A program made the translations under genes and the position numbers. Below the pieces are notes generated by a model. The model saw only the letters and a list, made by a program, of their open reading frames with translations. It ran no database searches and was not told where the DNA came from. This document shows positions 14,401 to 26,400 of a stretch of 64,000 nt of DNA, in pieces (within the stretch, counting starts at the first letter, position 1; each line of letters opens with the position of its first letter). Source of the DNA: Macrostomum hystrix (taxonomy: Eukaryota > Animalia > Platyhelminthes); contig CATNEN010000001.1 in assembly GCA_950097015.1 (NCBI GenBank), forward strand, positions 8,742,001 through 8,806,000, in the 5' to 3' direction.

Positions 14401-17400
14401 CAGCATTCGTGTCATTAGTGTGAATATATTGATAGGCTGATAGATTGATAGGTTGAATAGTTTGATAGGCTGATAGAATGATAGGTTGACAGATTGATAG
14501 GTCGATATATTGATAGGTTCACAGATTAATATGTTGATAGATTGATAGGCTGAATAGATTGATAGGTTGAATAGATTGATAGGCTGATAGAATGATAGGT
14601 TGACAGAATGATAGGTCGATATATTGATAGGTTCACAGATTAATATGTTGATAGATTGATAGGCTGAATAGATTGATAGGTTGAATAGATTGATAGGCTG
14701 ATAGAATGATAGGTTGACAGATTGATAGGTCGATATATTGATAGGTTGACAGATTAATATGTTAATAGATTGATAGGCTGAATAGATTGATAGGTTGAAT
14801 AGATTGATAGGCTGATAGAATGATAGGTTGACAGATTGATAGGTCGATATATTGATAGGTTGACAGATTAATACGTTGATAGATTGATTGGCTGATAGAT
14901 TGATAAGACTTCGTATGGCTGCTCAGACTGGGGCACGCCACATCCACCCTCAATTACCCCAGCTAATGCGGGTACCCATTTAACAGCTGGGTGAACTGTA
15001 GCAATGCAGAGTTGAGTGTCTTGCTAAAGGACACAAATTTTTTCGTCGGAGTCGGGAATCGAACCCCCGTTTGTTTAAAACCCCATTAAAACCATCCAGA
15101 GTTAATTGCATTCAAAATGGCTAAAACTGTTAAATCAAGAATCGAACCCTTGACCTTCGATTTATTTTTATTTCACAGCATCGACGACCTGCTCAACGCC
15201 GGTATCCTATACTCAGACAGCGTAGTGATAGTGAACAAGGAGAGCTCAAACTCGGCAGAGGAGAACACGCTGGAGGACTGCAACACCATCATTGCGGTGC
15301 AGACAATCTTTAAACTATTTCCAGGAGCAAACATCATCACGGAGCTCAGCCAGAGTTCGAATATGCGATTCACGCAGTTCAAAGCGGACGACTACTTGCA
15401 GATGTCTATGTCCAAAGTTGAGAAGAAGGAGCGGGAGAGAGGCTCGCACCTGTCCTATATGTTTCGGTTGGGTTTCGCGTCAGGCTCCGTGTTCTCAGCC
15501 TCGATGCTGGACACCCTGCTCTATCAGGCCTTTGTGAAGGACTATTTGATCACTTTTGTGCGACTACTGCTGGGCATCGATCAGGCTAGAGGATCGGGAC
15601 ATCTAACCTGCGTGAGCACTGACATTGGGGATTGAAATTATCGATTTTCTGGCTGTATGTTGTCTGGCTGGTAGATTAGTAGATCACTTGACTGATTGAT
15701 TAGTTGGCTAATCGGTTGATAACTTGATTTATCGGTTGATTCAATGATCGATTGATTTATCGGTTGATTTATCGGGTCATCGTTTGATCTGATAGATAGA
15801 GAAATAACAAATTCAATCGTCATATAATATATAGTCAAGTGATTTTATAGAACTTTTGACATATCAAACGATTGGTTGATGACATTATGAATCAATGACA
15901 TTATGAATCAATGACATTATGAATCAATGACACTATGAATCAATGACATTATGAATCAATGACATTATGAATCAATGACATTATGAATCAATGACACTAT
16001 GAATCAATGACATTATGAATCAATGACATTATGAATCAATGACATTATGAATCAATGACATTATGAATCAATGACATTATGAATCAATGACATTATGAAT
16101 CAATGACACTATGAATCAATGACATTATGAATCAATGACATTATGAATTAATGACACTATGAATCAATGACATTATGAATCAATGACATTATGAATCAAT
16201 GACATTATGAATCAATGACATTATGAATCAATGACATTATGAATCAATGACATTATGAATCAATGATATTATGAATCAATGACATTATGAATCAATGACA
16301 TTATGAATCAATGACATTATGAATCAATGACATTATGAATCAATGACACTATGAATCAATGACACTATGAATCAATGACATTATGAATCAATGACATTAT
16401 GAATCAATGACACTATGAATCAATGACATTATGAATCAATGACATTATGAATCAATGACATTATGAATTAATGACACTATGAATCAATGACATTATGAAT
16501 TAATGACACTATGAATCAATGACATTATGAATCAATGACATTATGAATCAATGACATTATGAATCAATGACACTATGAATCAATGACATCATGAATCAAT
16601 GACATTATGAATCAATGACATTATGAATCAATGACATTATGAATCAATGACATTATGAATCAATGACACTATGAATCAATGACATTATGAATCAATGACA
16701 TTATGAATCAATGACATTATGAATTAATGACACTATGAATCAATGACATTATGAATTAATGACACTATGAATCAATGACATTATGAATCAATGACATTAT
16801 GAATCAATGACATTATGAATCAATGACATTATGAATCAATGACACTATGAATCAATGACACTATGAATCAATGACATTATGAATCAATGACATTATGAAT
16901 CAATGACACTATGAATCAATGACATTATGAATCAATGACACTATGAATCAATGACATTATGAATCAATGACATTATGAATCAATGACATTATGAATCAAT
17001 GACATTATGAATCAATGACATTATGAATCAATGACATTATGAATCAATGACACTATGAATCAATGACATTATGAATCAATGACATTATGAATTAATGACA
17101 CTATGAATCAATGACATTATGAATCAATGACATTATGAATCAATGACATTATGAATCAATGACATTATGAATCAATGACACTATGAATCAATGACATTAT
17201 GAATCAATGACATTATGAATCAATGACATTATGAATTAATGACACTATGAATCAATGACATTATGAATTAATGACACTATGAATCAATGACATTATGAAT
17301 CAATGACATTATGAATCAATGACATTATGAATCAATGACACTATGAATCAATGACATCATGAATCAATGACATTATGAATCAATGACATTATGAATCAAT

Positions 17401-20400
17401 GACATTATGAATCAATGACATTATGAATCAATGACACTATGAATCAATGACATTATGAATCAATGACATTATGAATCAATGACATTATGAATTAATGACA
17501 CTATGAATCAATGACATTATGAATTAATGACACTATGAATCAATGACATTATGAATCAATGACATTATGAATCAATGACATTATGAATCAATGACATTAT
17601 GAATCAATGACACTATGAATCAATGACATTATGAATCAATGACATTATGAATCAATGACACTATGAATCAATGACATTATGAATCAATGACACTATGAAT
17701 CAATGACATTATGAATCAATGACATTATGAATCAATGACATTATGAATCAATGACATTATGAATCAATGACATTATGAATCAATGACATTATGAATTAAT
17801 GACACTATGAATCAATGACATTATGAATTAATGACACTATGAATCAATGACATTATGAATCAATGACATTATGAATCAATGACATTATGAATCAATGACA
17901 TTATGAATCAATGACACTATGAATCAATGACATTATGAATCAATGACATTATGAATCAATGACACTATGAATCAATGACATTATGAATCAATGACACTAT
18001 GAATCAATGACATTATGAATCAATGACATTATGAATCAATGACATTATGAATCAATGACATTATGAATCAATGACATTATGAATCAATGACATTATGAAT
18101 CAATGACATTATGAATCAATGACATTATGAATCAATGACATTATGAATCAATGACATTATGAATCAATGACATTATGAATCAATGACATTATGAATCAAT
18201 GACATTATGAATCAATGACATTATGAATCAATGACATTATGAATCAATGACATTATGAATCAATGACATTATGAATCAATGACATTATGAATCAATGACA
18301 TTATGAATCAATGACATTATGAATGAATGACATTATGAATCAATGACATTATGAATCAATGACACTATGAATCAATGACATTATGAATCAATGACATTAT
18401 GAATCAATGACATTATGAATCAATGACATTATGAATCAATGACATTATGAATCAATGACATTATGAATCAATGACATTATGAATCAATGACATTATGAAT
18501 CAATGACATTATGAATCAATGACATTATGAATCAATGACATTATGAATCAATGACATTATGAATCAATGACACTATGAATCAATGACATTATGAATCAAT
18601 GACATTATGAATCAATGACATTATGAATCAATGACATTATGAATCAATGACATTATGAATCAATGACACTATGAATCAATGACATTATGAATCAATGACA
18701 TTATGAATCAATGACATTGTGAATCAATGACATTATGAATCAATGACATTATGAATCAATGACACTATGAATCAATGACATTATGAATCAATGACATTAT
18801 GAATCAATGACATTATGAATCAATGACATTATGAATCAATGACATTATGAATCAATGACACTATGAATCAATGACATTATGAATCAATGACATTATGAAT
18901 CAATGACATTATGAATTAATGACACTATGAATCAATGACATTATGAATTAATGACAGTATGAATCAATGACATTATGAATCAATGACATTATGAATCAAT
19001 GACATTATGAATCAATGACACTATGAATCAATGACATTATGAATCAATGACATTATGAATCAATGACATTATGAATCAATGACATTATGAATCAATGACA
19101 TTATGAATCAATGACACTATGAATCAATGACATTATGAATCAATGACATTATGAATCAATGACATTATGAATTAAAGACACTATGAATCAATGACATTAT
19201 GAATTAATGACACTATGAATCAATGACATTATGAATCAATGACATTATGAATCAATGACATTATGAATCAATGACATTATGAATCAATGACACTATGAAT
19301 CAATGACATTATGAATCAATGACATTATGAATCAATGACACTATGAATCAATGACATTATGAATCAATGACACTATGAATCAATGACATTATGAATCAAT
19401 GACATTATGAATCAATGACATTATGAATCAATGACATTATGAATCAATGACATTATGAATCAATGACATTATGAATCAATGACATTATGAATCAATGCAT
19501 TACACCCGCAGATGAAGATTACAGGAATAGACATGTGGATTCGAACCTACGGCCGTCTGTACCAGAAACTGTGCGCCAGCACCTGCGAGATTCCAATCGG
19601 GATCTACAAGACTTTCAACAAGACCGCATCTGCCGGAGACGATGACGCTGACGACAAGTCGCACGTGAGTTCGAAATTTTGATCGGTTGATAAATTGATC
19701 TATTGATCTATTGATCTATCAATCCGTCAATCACCAACAACTGCAGATCTCCGTGGATCTTGAAAAGGACCGACCGCCGGATGAGCCGCCGGTGGCCGCC
19801 ACCCCAGCGGAGGCCATGGAGAAGCGCGAAATCTCACACATGATTCGCTACAGAATGGAATATCTGAGAATGGGACACAAGGACTACGAAGAGAATATGC
19901 TGCAGCAGTTGAAAAGAGACTCAGTGTCCTATGTCATCATCAACCCGCCATACGATCAGAAACTAGAACCTGGAGACATTGTGTAAGTAACCCTCTTCTC
20001 ATCTTTCCCGTGTCTCATCTCTCCCGTGTCTCATCTTTCCCGTGTCTCATCTTTCCCGTGTCTCATCTCTCCCGTGTCTCATCTTTCCCGTGTCTCATCT
20101 TTCCCGTGTCTCATCTCTCCCGTGTCTCATCTTTCCCGTGTCTAATCTCTCCCGTGTCTCATCTCTCCCGTGTCTCATCTCTCCCGTGTCTCATCTTTCC
20201 CGTGTCTCATCTCTTCCGTGTCTCATTTCTTCTGTGTCTCATCTCTCCCGTGTCTCATCTCTCCCGTGTCTCATCTCTTCCGTGTCTCATCTCTTCTGTG
20301 TCTCATCTCTCCCGTGTCTCATCTCTCCCGTGTCTCATCTCTTCTGTGTCTCATCTCTCCCGTGTCTTATCTCTCCCGTGTCTCATCTCTTCTGTGTCTC

Positions 20401-21604
20401 ATCTCTCCCGTGTCTCATCTCTCCCGTGTCTCATCTCTTCCGTGTCTCATCTCTCCCGTGTCTCATCTCTCCCGTGTCTCATCTTTCCCGTGTTTAATCT
20501 CTCCCGTGTCTCATCTCTCCCGTGTCTCATCTCTCCCGTGTCTCATCTCTCCCGTGTCTCATCTCTCCCGTGTCTCATCTCTTCCGTGTCTCATCTCTCC
20601 CGTGTCTCATCTCTCCCGTGTCTCATCTCTTCCGTGTCTCATCTTTCCCGTGTCTCATCTCTTCCGTGTCTCATCTCTTCCGTGTCTCATCTCTCCCGTG
20701 TCTCATCTCTCCCGTGTCTCATCTCTCCCGTGTCTCATCTCTCCCGTGTCTCATCTCTCGGCCGTGTCTCATCTCTCCCGTGTCTCATCTCTCCCGTGTC
20801 TCATCTCTCCCGTGTCTCATCTCTCCCCTGTCTCATCTCTCCCGTGTCTCATCTCTCCCGTGTCTCATCTCTCCCGTGTCTCATCTCTCCCGTGTCTCAT
20901 CTCTCCCGTGTCTCATCTCTCCCGTGTCTTATCTCTCCCGTGTCTCATCTCTTCTGTGTCTCATCTCTCCCGTGTCTAATCTCTCCCGTGTCTCATCTCT
21001 CCCGTGTCTCATCTCTCCCGTGTCTCATCTCTCCCGTGTCTCATCTCTCCCGTGTCTCATCTCTCCCGTGTCTCATCTCTCCCGTGTCTCATCTCTCCCG
21101 TGTCTCATCTCTCCCGTGTCTCATCTCTCCCGTGTCTCATCTCTCCCGTGTCTCATCTCTCCCGTGTCTCATCTCTCCCGTGTCTCATCTCTCCCGTGTC
21201 TCATCTCTCGGCCGTGTCTCATCTCTCCCGTGTCTCATCTCTTCCGTGTCTCATCTCTCCCGTGTCTCATCTCTCCCGTATCTCATCTCTCCCGTGTCTC
21301 ATCTCTCCCGTGTCTCATCTCTTCCGTGTCTCATCTCTCCCGTGTCTCATCTCTCCCGTGTCTCATCTCTCCCCTGTTTCATCTCTTCCCTGTCTTATCT
21401 TAAAATGATACCGAAAATTCTTCTCTGTACAGGTTTCTCATCCGTCCGTCGTCGCTATCACCAGAGGCTTCGCCCCTCGTGAGCCAGCGTCGAACCAGTG
21501 CGTCATTAGCAACCGCCCATGTAGCCAATAATGCAAATCAGATTTACACATCAGCCGAGAGACTGGCAGTGCCGCAAGTCAAATCGGCGCCAATTATTGG
21601 ATAA
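796..21604 (+). CDS. slo-2: Slo2/Slack-family (KCNT1/2-like) potassium channel, multi-exon, 5'-partial
   Basis: Hand-spliced GT-AG exons with consistent phases: 796-904, 990-1064, 1252-1335, 3438-3881, 6159-6295, 6379-6442, 6565-6673, 6764-6872, 6964-7113, 9322-9560, 11403-11726, 13236-13308, 14018-14368, 15179-15611, 19512-19664, 19747-19982, 21433-21604 (stop TAA 21602-21604). Translation shows Slo2 hallmarks: [13 protein letters not shown], pore [14 protein letters not shown]...[84 protein letters not shown]. Confidence 0.95.
1100..1205. repeat. Degenerate pentamer microsatellite (AGATT/AGACT/AGATA)
   Basis: Visible in the intron 1065-1251. Confidence 0.7.
1370..1461. repeat. 12-bp degenerate tandem (GATAGAATCGTA)
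   Basis: About 7 copies after the 1335 donor. Confidence 0.7.
3137..3412. repeat. 20-bp minisatellite (GTGTCACCTGTTAGACAGGA)
   Basis: About 13 copies ending ~25 nt before the acceptor at 3437. Confidence 0.9.
4045..4862. repeat. 20-bp minisatellite (AATTGACTAATCTCTACCCT) with interspersed longer variant units
   Basis: Direct periodicity. Confidence 0.92.
5686..6095 (-). repeat. 16-bp minisatellite family (GTGTCTCATCTCTCCC), reverse orientation
   Basis: GAGACACGGGAGAGAT, about 25 copies. Confidence 0.95.
7275..9196. repeat. 31-bp minisatellite (GATCCTCAAATTAGCATCCAAAACACTCACA), ~62 copies
   Basis: Direct periodicity; degenerate precursor copies at 7140-7275. Confidence 0.97.
9706..9975. 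repeat. ~31-34-bp C-rich tandem (CACCCCGTCCTCCACTCTCTTACCATCAGAACA)
   Basis: About 8 diverged copies. Confidence 0.85.
10755..11310. repeat. (ATCTC)n/(ATCTA)n pentamer microsatellite
   Basis: Direct periodicity. Confidence 0.9.
11750..12680. repeat. 20-bp minisatellite (ACACCCTAGAATCTTATCTT) with a degenerate 5' edge
   Basis: Direct periodicity. Confidence 0.93.
13415..13795. repeat. 34-bp minisatellite containing the palindrome AGTCCATGGACT
   Basis: Unit CTGTGTACTGATGCTGTTCAGTCCATGGACTAGC, about 11 copies. Confidence 0.93.
14425..14905. repeat. 16/17-bp TTGATAGG-core tandem with a ~114-bp higher-order period
   Basis: TGATAGAATG recurs at about 14471, 14585, 14699 and 14813. Confidence 0.85.
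14909..15075 (-). mobile_element. tRNA-derived CORE-type SINE fragment (5'-truncated) in a KCNT intron
   Basis: Minus strand reads B-box GGTTCGATTCCC, then the CORE-like GTGTCCTTTAGCAAGACACTCAACTCTGCATTGCTACAGTTCACCCAGCTGTTAAATGGGTACC. Confidence 0.7.
15878..19497. repeat. 16-bp minisatellite (ATGACATTATGAATCA), ~225 copies
   Basis: Direct periodicity; fills most of the intron 15612-19511. Confidence 0.98.
19995..21398 (+). repeat. 16-bp minisatellite family (GTGTCTCATCTCTCCC), ~87 copies
   Basis: Fills nearly the whole final KCNT intron. Confidence 0.97.
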
Positions 21605-23470
21605 CAACAATGGTCGCTGATGCCGATGCGTTGCTAGGCTAAAAATACAAAAGGCGAAACTGAAATAAATTTTTAATAGATTTTAATAATCTTTGTGAAG
21701 TAGTGTTCGAAAGAAATATACAATTGTTAGTCGGCTGCTAATCGGCTTGAAAATTTAACAATATTTTCTTTTTCGTACTATACTGCGTTGCTGTACACCT
21801 AATTAACTATATTTTTTCGACTTCAGCTCGTTGTCTACACTTTGTCTGGTTGTTCTGTTCAAGTTCGTCTTCAAAACTTAAATTATTATGCAGTGTGTAA
21901 AGGGATTTGAAAAAAACATTTTGCTTCGAGTAGCTACAATTAAAGTAAAGTAAAGTATAATAAATTTATGATTTTCTGTCGCTCATTAATTGTTTTCAAT
22001 ATTTTATTGACGATTGACTTAACAATTTTGTCTTATAATTACAGTAAGTGTACATATTTTATTTTTATTTAATAATTTTTTTAAACTAAGCTACTAGAAA
22101 AAAAGGTAATTTTAATAATTACACAGGGTCAGATTTTTTCGTAGTTATGCCGTCAGTTTTCAGAATTAATACATTTTTTTTCGAAACAATTCTGTTTATA
22201 TGAGTTTGATATTTTTAACATAAAGTATCTTTTTATCATCCAATCTTATCTAGTAAAGTAACGCCACAAAATTGCGTCCATCAAAGAAAACAATAACAAT
22301 TGTGTGCTAATTTACTGTGTCATTTACTTTTTGTCTTTTTCTTGCCTTTATAGTTTTTACGCAATACTATATTATATGTCTGATTACTAGCACTTTAGAA
22401 GAAAACTTAACAAATTCACCTAGATATGACGTTAAATATATGTATCGGGGATTTGACTTCGTGTCTAATATCATCCTTTGTTTTGATATACTGCGTTATG
22501 GAAGCGTTAATAAAAAATTGCATGAATTTAATTTCTTTTAAAGCTACCTATTAATTGTGTGACAAACGACAAAGCTATTTGATTTGCAGATGTGAAAGTA
22601 AATTCGTAGCTATAGAAGGTGTTGCTACACGTGTACTATGGGGTATTCGTTCTTAAAAAGCAAAGTGTTTTGTTCGAATAGAAAAGAAATCAAATCAATC
22701 AACCGGGAGATAACATCTGTGTAATCATAATAAGTATTTTAAATCGTTGCCTAAGTGACTAAGATACTGTACATGAAATTGCATATGTGAACAATAAAAG
22801 CGTGTAAAATATGCTTGACGAAAAACTTGGAATTGTAACATTAAAACTAGCGGTAAATTGACACGCAAGCGGCACTAGAAAGCTTCTAAAAATACCGGCA
22901 TTAACTCTGTTTTATTAAAACTCTGTTTCTATTAAAAATGGCGAATGCTTTTATAGATTGGTCAAAACATGCATTTATAAGAATGATTGTTTGGTCTTTC
23001 CAAGTGTTTTCAATTTAAAAGCCATGCTGCAGATAAAATCTTATTAGAGGTTTTAAGTCTAACAAGTTTAAAAATTAATCGGTTTCAGTTGTGAAAAAGC
23101 AATTACAGTAACAGCAATGTAGTGGAGGTACGTACAGGAAATTTTCACGCTGCTCCAAGAGGGCGAGTTATATATATCCTTTCACTGTAAACATAGGTTT
23201 TTGTGATAAAAAAAATTTCTTTGCTTCGCTATGAAAAAGAAGCATGGATTCATGCAACGTAAGCTGGATCATGTACAGCTTATAAAAAATATACTATTTT
23301 TATGAACCTTTTATGCAAATTGTGTATATTTCCCAAAAACGCATAAAGCAATAGGATTAATCTCCAACAAAAGCTAGATGTGTGTGGGTTTTTTAAAGGT
23401 TTCTTATAATAAGGCGTAAAATAAAATTTAATGCGTTAATTTAAATTTATACAAAGCTTCCGGATTCATT

Positions 23471-26400
23471 TCAAAGTTTTATATCGCCGCCAAAGATTGC
23501 AATTAGCATAATGAGTCCGTAGCCAACCAGAATGCCGCAGTTTTGCAATATGAAAATTCGCCACTTGCTCAGGCCGTGCTCCTTTGCTGAGTCGACGGCC
23601 TCATTTACTTCGGGCATCTGTACAGAGGCGGGGCGGGTGACGCGATAGAATGGATTCTGCTAGTCGTTGGTACAGAAAAGGTTATACTTTATACGCATGA
23701 GACTATATATAGTTTTCGAGCAGAGTTCGTTTTGTTTTGTCTGAAATTTTCTTCTGCTGTGTGTACTACTCCGAACAAGATACAGTGCTTGACTTGACAG
23801 AGAGACTTGCTCGGTTCAGAATGATAAACAAAGTTTTCATAGAAAACCTTTATTTAGACAGAACGCTGTGAATTGAGTTGCGTCTAAAATTTAGGCTTGA
23901 TCAGTGAAACTAGGGAAATTCGCGTCAGGGTGTCCATTCTAGGTCCAGCAGTCCGTCTCAAAAAGGTAGGTCACCACCGAAGACGGAGATGGGGCAGGCT
24001 GCACATTCGGGTGACATGCTGATAAAGTTTGAATTCCGGGCAAGACCGCACTGAGGCGCCGTGCTGATTCGTGTATTAGGGGTGTAGGAAATACACTAGG
24101 GCTTATAAGAAAAAATCTGACCTTCGGCCAGAACCATTGAATATCTCGACGGTCTGAAGAGATTTCAGAAGATGCGCAACAAAAGGTTGGCCCGCGTTCT
24201 TGAGTTTCGTGTGCTCGCGTTGCTCCGTTCGGGTGCAGCACAAAAATTGTCAGGGGAATTTCTACCCTTGATAGCTCAACTGCTAACGACAGCGTACATC
24301 CCGACACACAAGGAAGGGGCACGAGTCATAATTTTACTTGACATATAAACAAGTTAACTGAATTGAACTTAAAGACAATTGACATTGCCGCGTTCTCAAG
24401 CTAACCGACAGACAGTGTCTCTACAAATGCACCTAGGTTAACCTGTAACAATGGCTTGTTTATTTGTCTTATTGTACCTCGCTCTTTTTATGAAATGACT
24501 GCTCTCAGACAACTTAAATATTTTGTAACTACCTTCTGTGACCTTCTTTGACCTTTAATTTATTATATTTTTTTTCGAAGTGATTTAGAACTCTGCTTGT
24601 TTCAAATAGAAAATTGAACTACCAAGGGGGGTTTTTGTGCTGTACCAGAAGAGAGCAACGCAAGCACACGAAACTTAAGAACTCGGGCCAAATTTTTGTT
24701 GCGCATCATTCAATGGTTCTTGCCGAAGGTCAGATTTTTTCTGTAAGGCTAGTTAGTGTATTTCATACACCCATATACACGAGTTAGCACTGCGCCTCAG
24801 TGTGGCCTTGCCAGGCCTTCAAAATTTATCTGAATTTCCCCGAATGTGCCTGTGCATCATCTCCATCTTCATGGTAACCTACCTTTATCTAGACGGACTG
24901 ATGGACCTTCAAGGGCTACAACAGGTGGAACTAGGCCACTATGGACACACTAACGCGAATTTCTCCAATGTCTCCTAAATATCAGGCGCAGCTCAACCAC
25001 GGTACAACATCGCCCAGTCTGTCAACCAATCACAGTCACCACCTAACGCTGTTTGCATTCAGGCGCTGCCAAAATAATTTTATGGCGGGGGGAAATTTCC
25101 CATTGGTATAAAAAACGGCCGGAAAGAAGGATTTGTAGTACTACTGTAGTTCAAACATGTACTAACAAGCTTAAGACAGACTCACCATATCGACGAGGCT
25201 GATATAGAGAAACATGCCTCCTCCGGCGGCAAAGATCCACACGCTGAAGCCGGCAATTTCGCCTAGCAACACGCCAATGACGAAGCCGATGTAGCAAACG
25301 CAGGCCGACAAAGCGTTGGTGGTGGCGGCCATCGGCATGGACATCCCGGCCGTCAGCAGGATGGCAAAGTCGCCCAATTCGTGCGGCAGCTCCTCGCAAA
25401 GGATGGCAAGTCCGATGCTGACTCCAGTCATGGGCGAGCGAACAAACGCGGCTCCCAGGCTGATGCCGTCAACGAAGTTGTGCAGAGCGTCGCCTAGCAT
25501 CACCATCCAGGCCACGGACTGCACGGCGGACAGTCTCGCACGAAGTGACAGACCGCGATTGCTGCTCGACCTTCTCTCCAGCTTCTTCTTCGATTCCTCC
25601 GGACGATGCACCCCCGACGAGGAGTCCGTCTCAGCGATGACGATTGAGTGACGGTTGCTATGCTGTTCGCTCTGACTGTGGTGCTGATGGTTCAGCTGCT
25701 GCTCTTCCGTTTCGCTTTTCGCTAGCTCCAAGCCATGCAGATGACCGTTGTGTTCTGCGCCTTGTGACTAGTCGAAATTGTGGAGCAGTCACACTTATTT
25801 TTAGTTTCTCGCAATACGAAAAATATCTATGATATAGATTGTTGAAAACAATCTAACCATATATGGGTCGCATGTACGGCTAGAAGTTGACGGAGTTTTC
25901 AGTGGCTCTGTACACCTGTTCAGTCCATGGACTGGGGAGACGCCGCACCAACTCTTAATAACCTAAGTTGATACTGGTACCCATTTTACGGCTGGATAAA
26001 CTGAAGTCCACTTGCTCGGGGCACAACTGGCAGAGTGGCAGAGCGGTGAACGCGTCTGTCGCACCAAGTTCCCTGAGTTCGATTCCGCGGCGAGCCCACA
26101 TTCGTTTGGGACGCAGGAGTCGATTGAATGGCAAAATTAAGCTGGTATCACCGCGGATTCGAGCTCAGGGACCTCGGTGCGAGGTCGCTAAGACGCTCAT
26201 TCTCTAACTGAAAATCGGCTTTACACACGAATTGTACATCAAAGGCTCTAATGACCCCGATCATTATCCCTGAGGGTTATCCCTGACTCACCCTCAAGCC
26301 GAGTAGTTCCTTGAGCATTCGCTCCAGCACAAAGAACAGGTAGATACCACCGAAGGCACCGCAGCAGCGCCAGATGTACCAGGGTCGGTCTGTCAGGAAC

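Noticed and set aside
20010-21482. [16 protein letters not shown] ORFs (also at 165-491, 5627-6107 and 49648-50206)
   Set aside because: Translations of the 14/16-bp minisatellite, open in all frames and intronic.
26028-26100. Possible tRNA gene
   Set aside because: A/B-box-like motifs are present, but I found no convincing cloverleaf or terminator; adjacency to a CORE-like domain favours a SINE.
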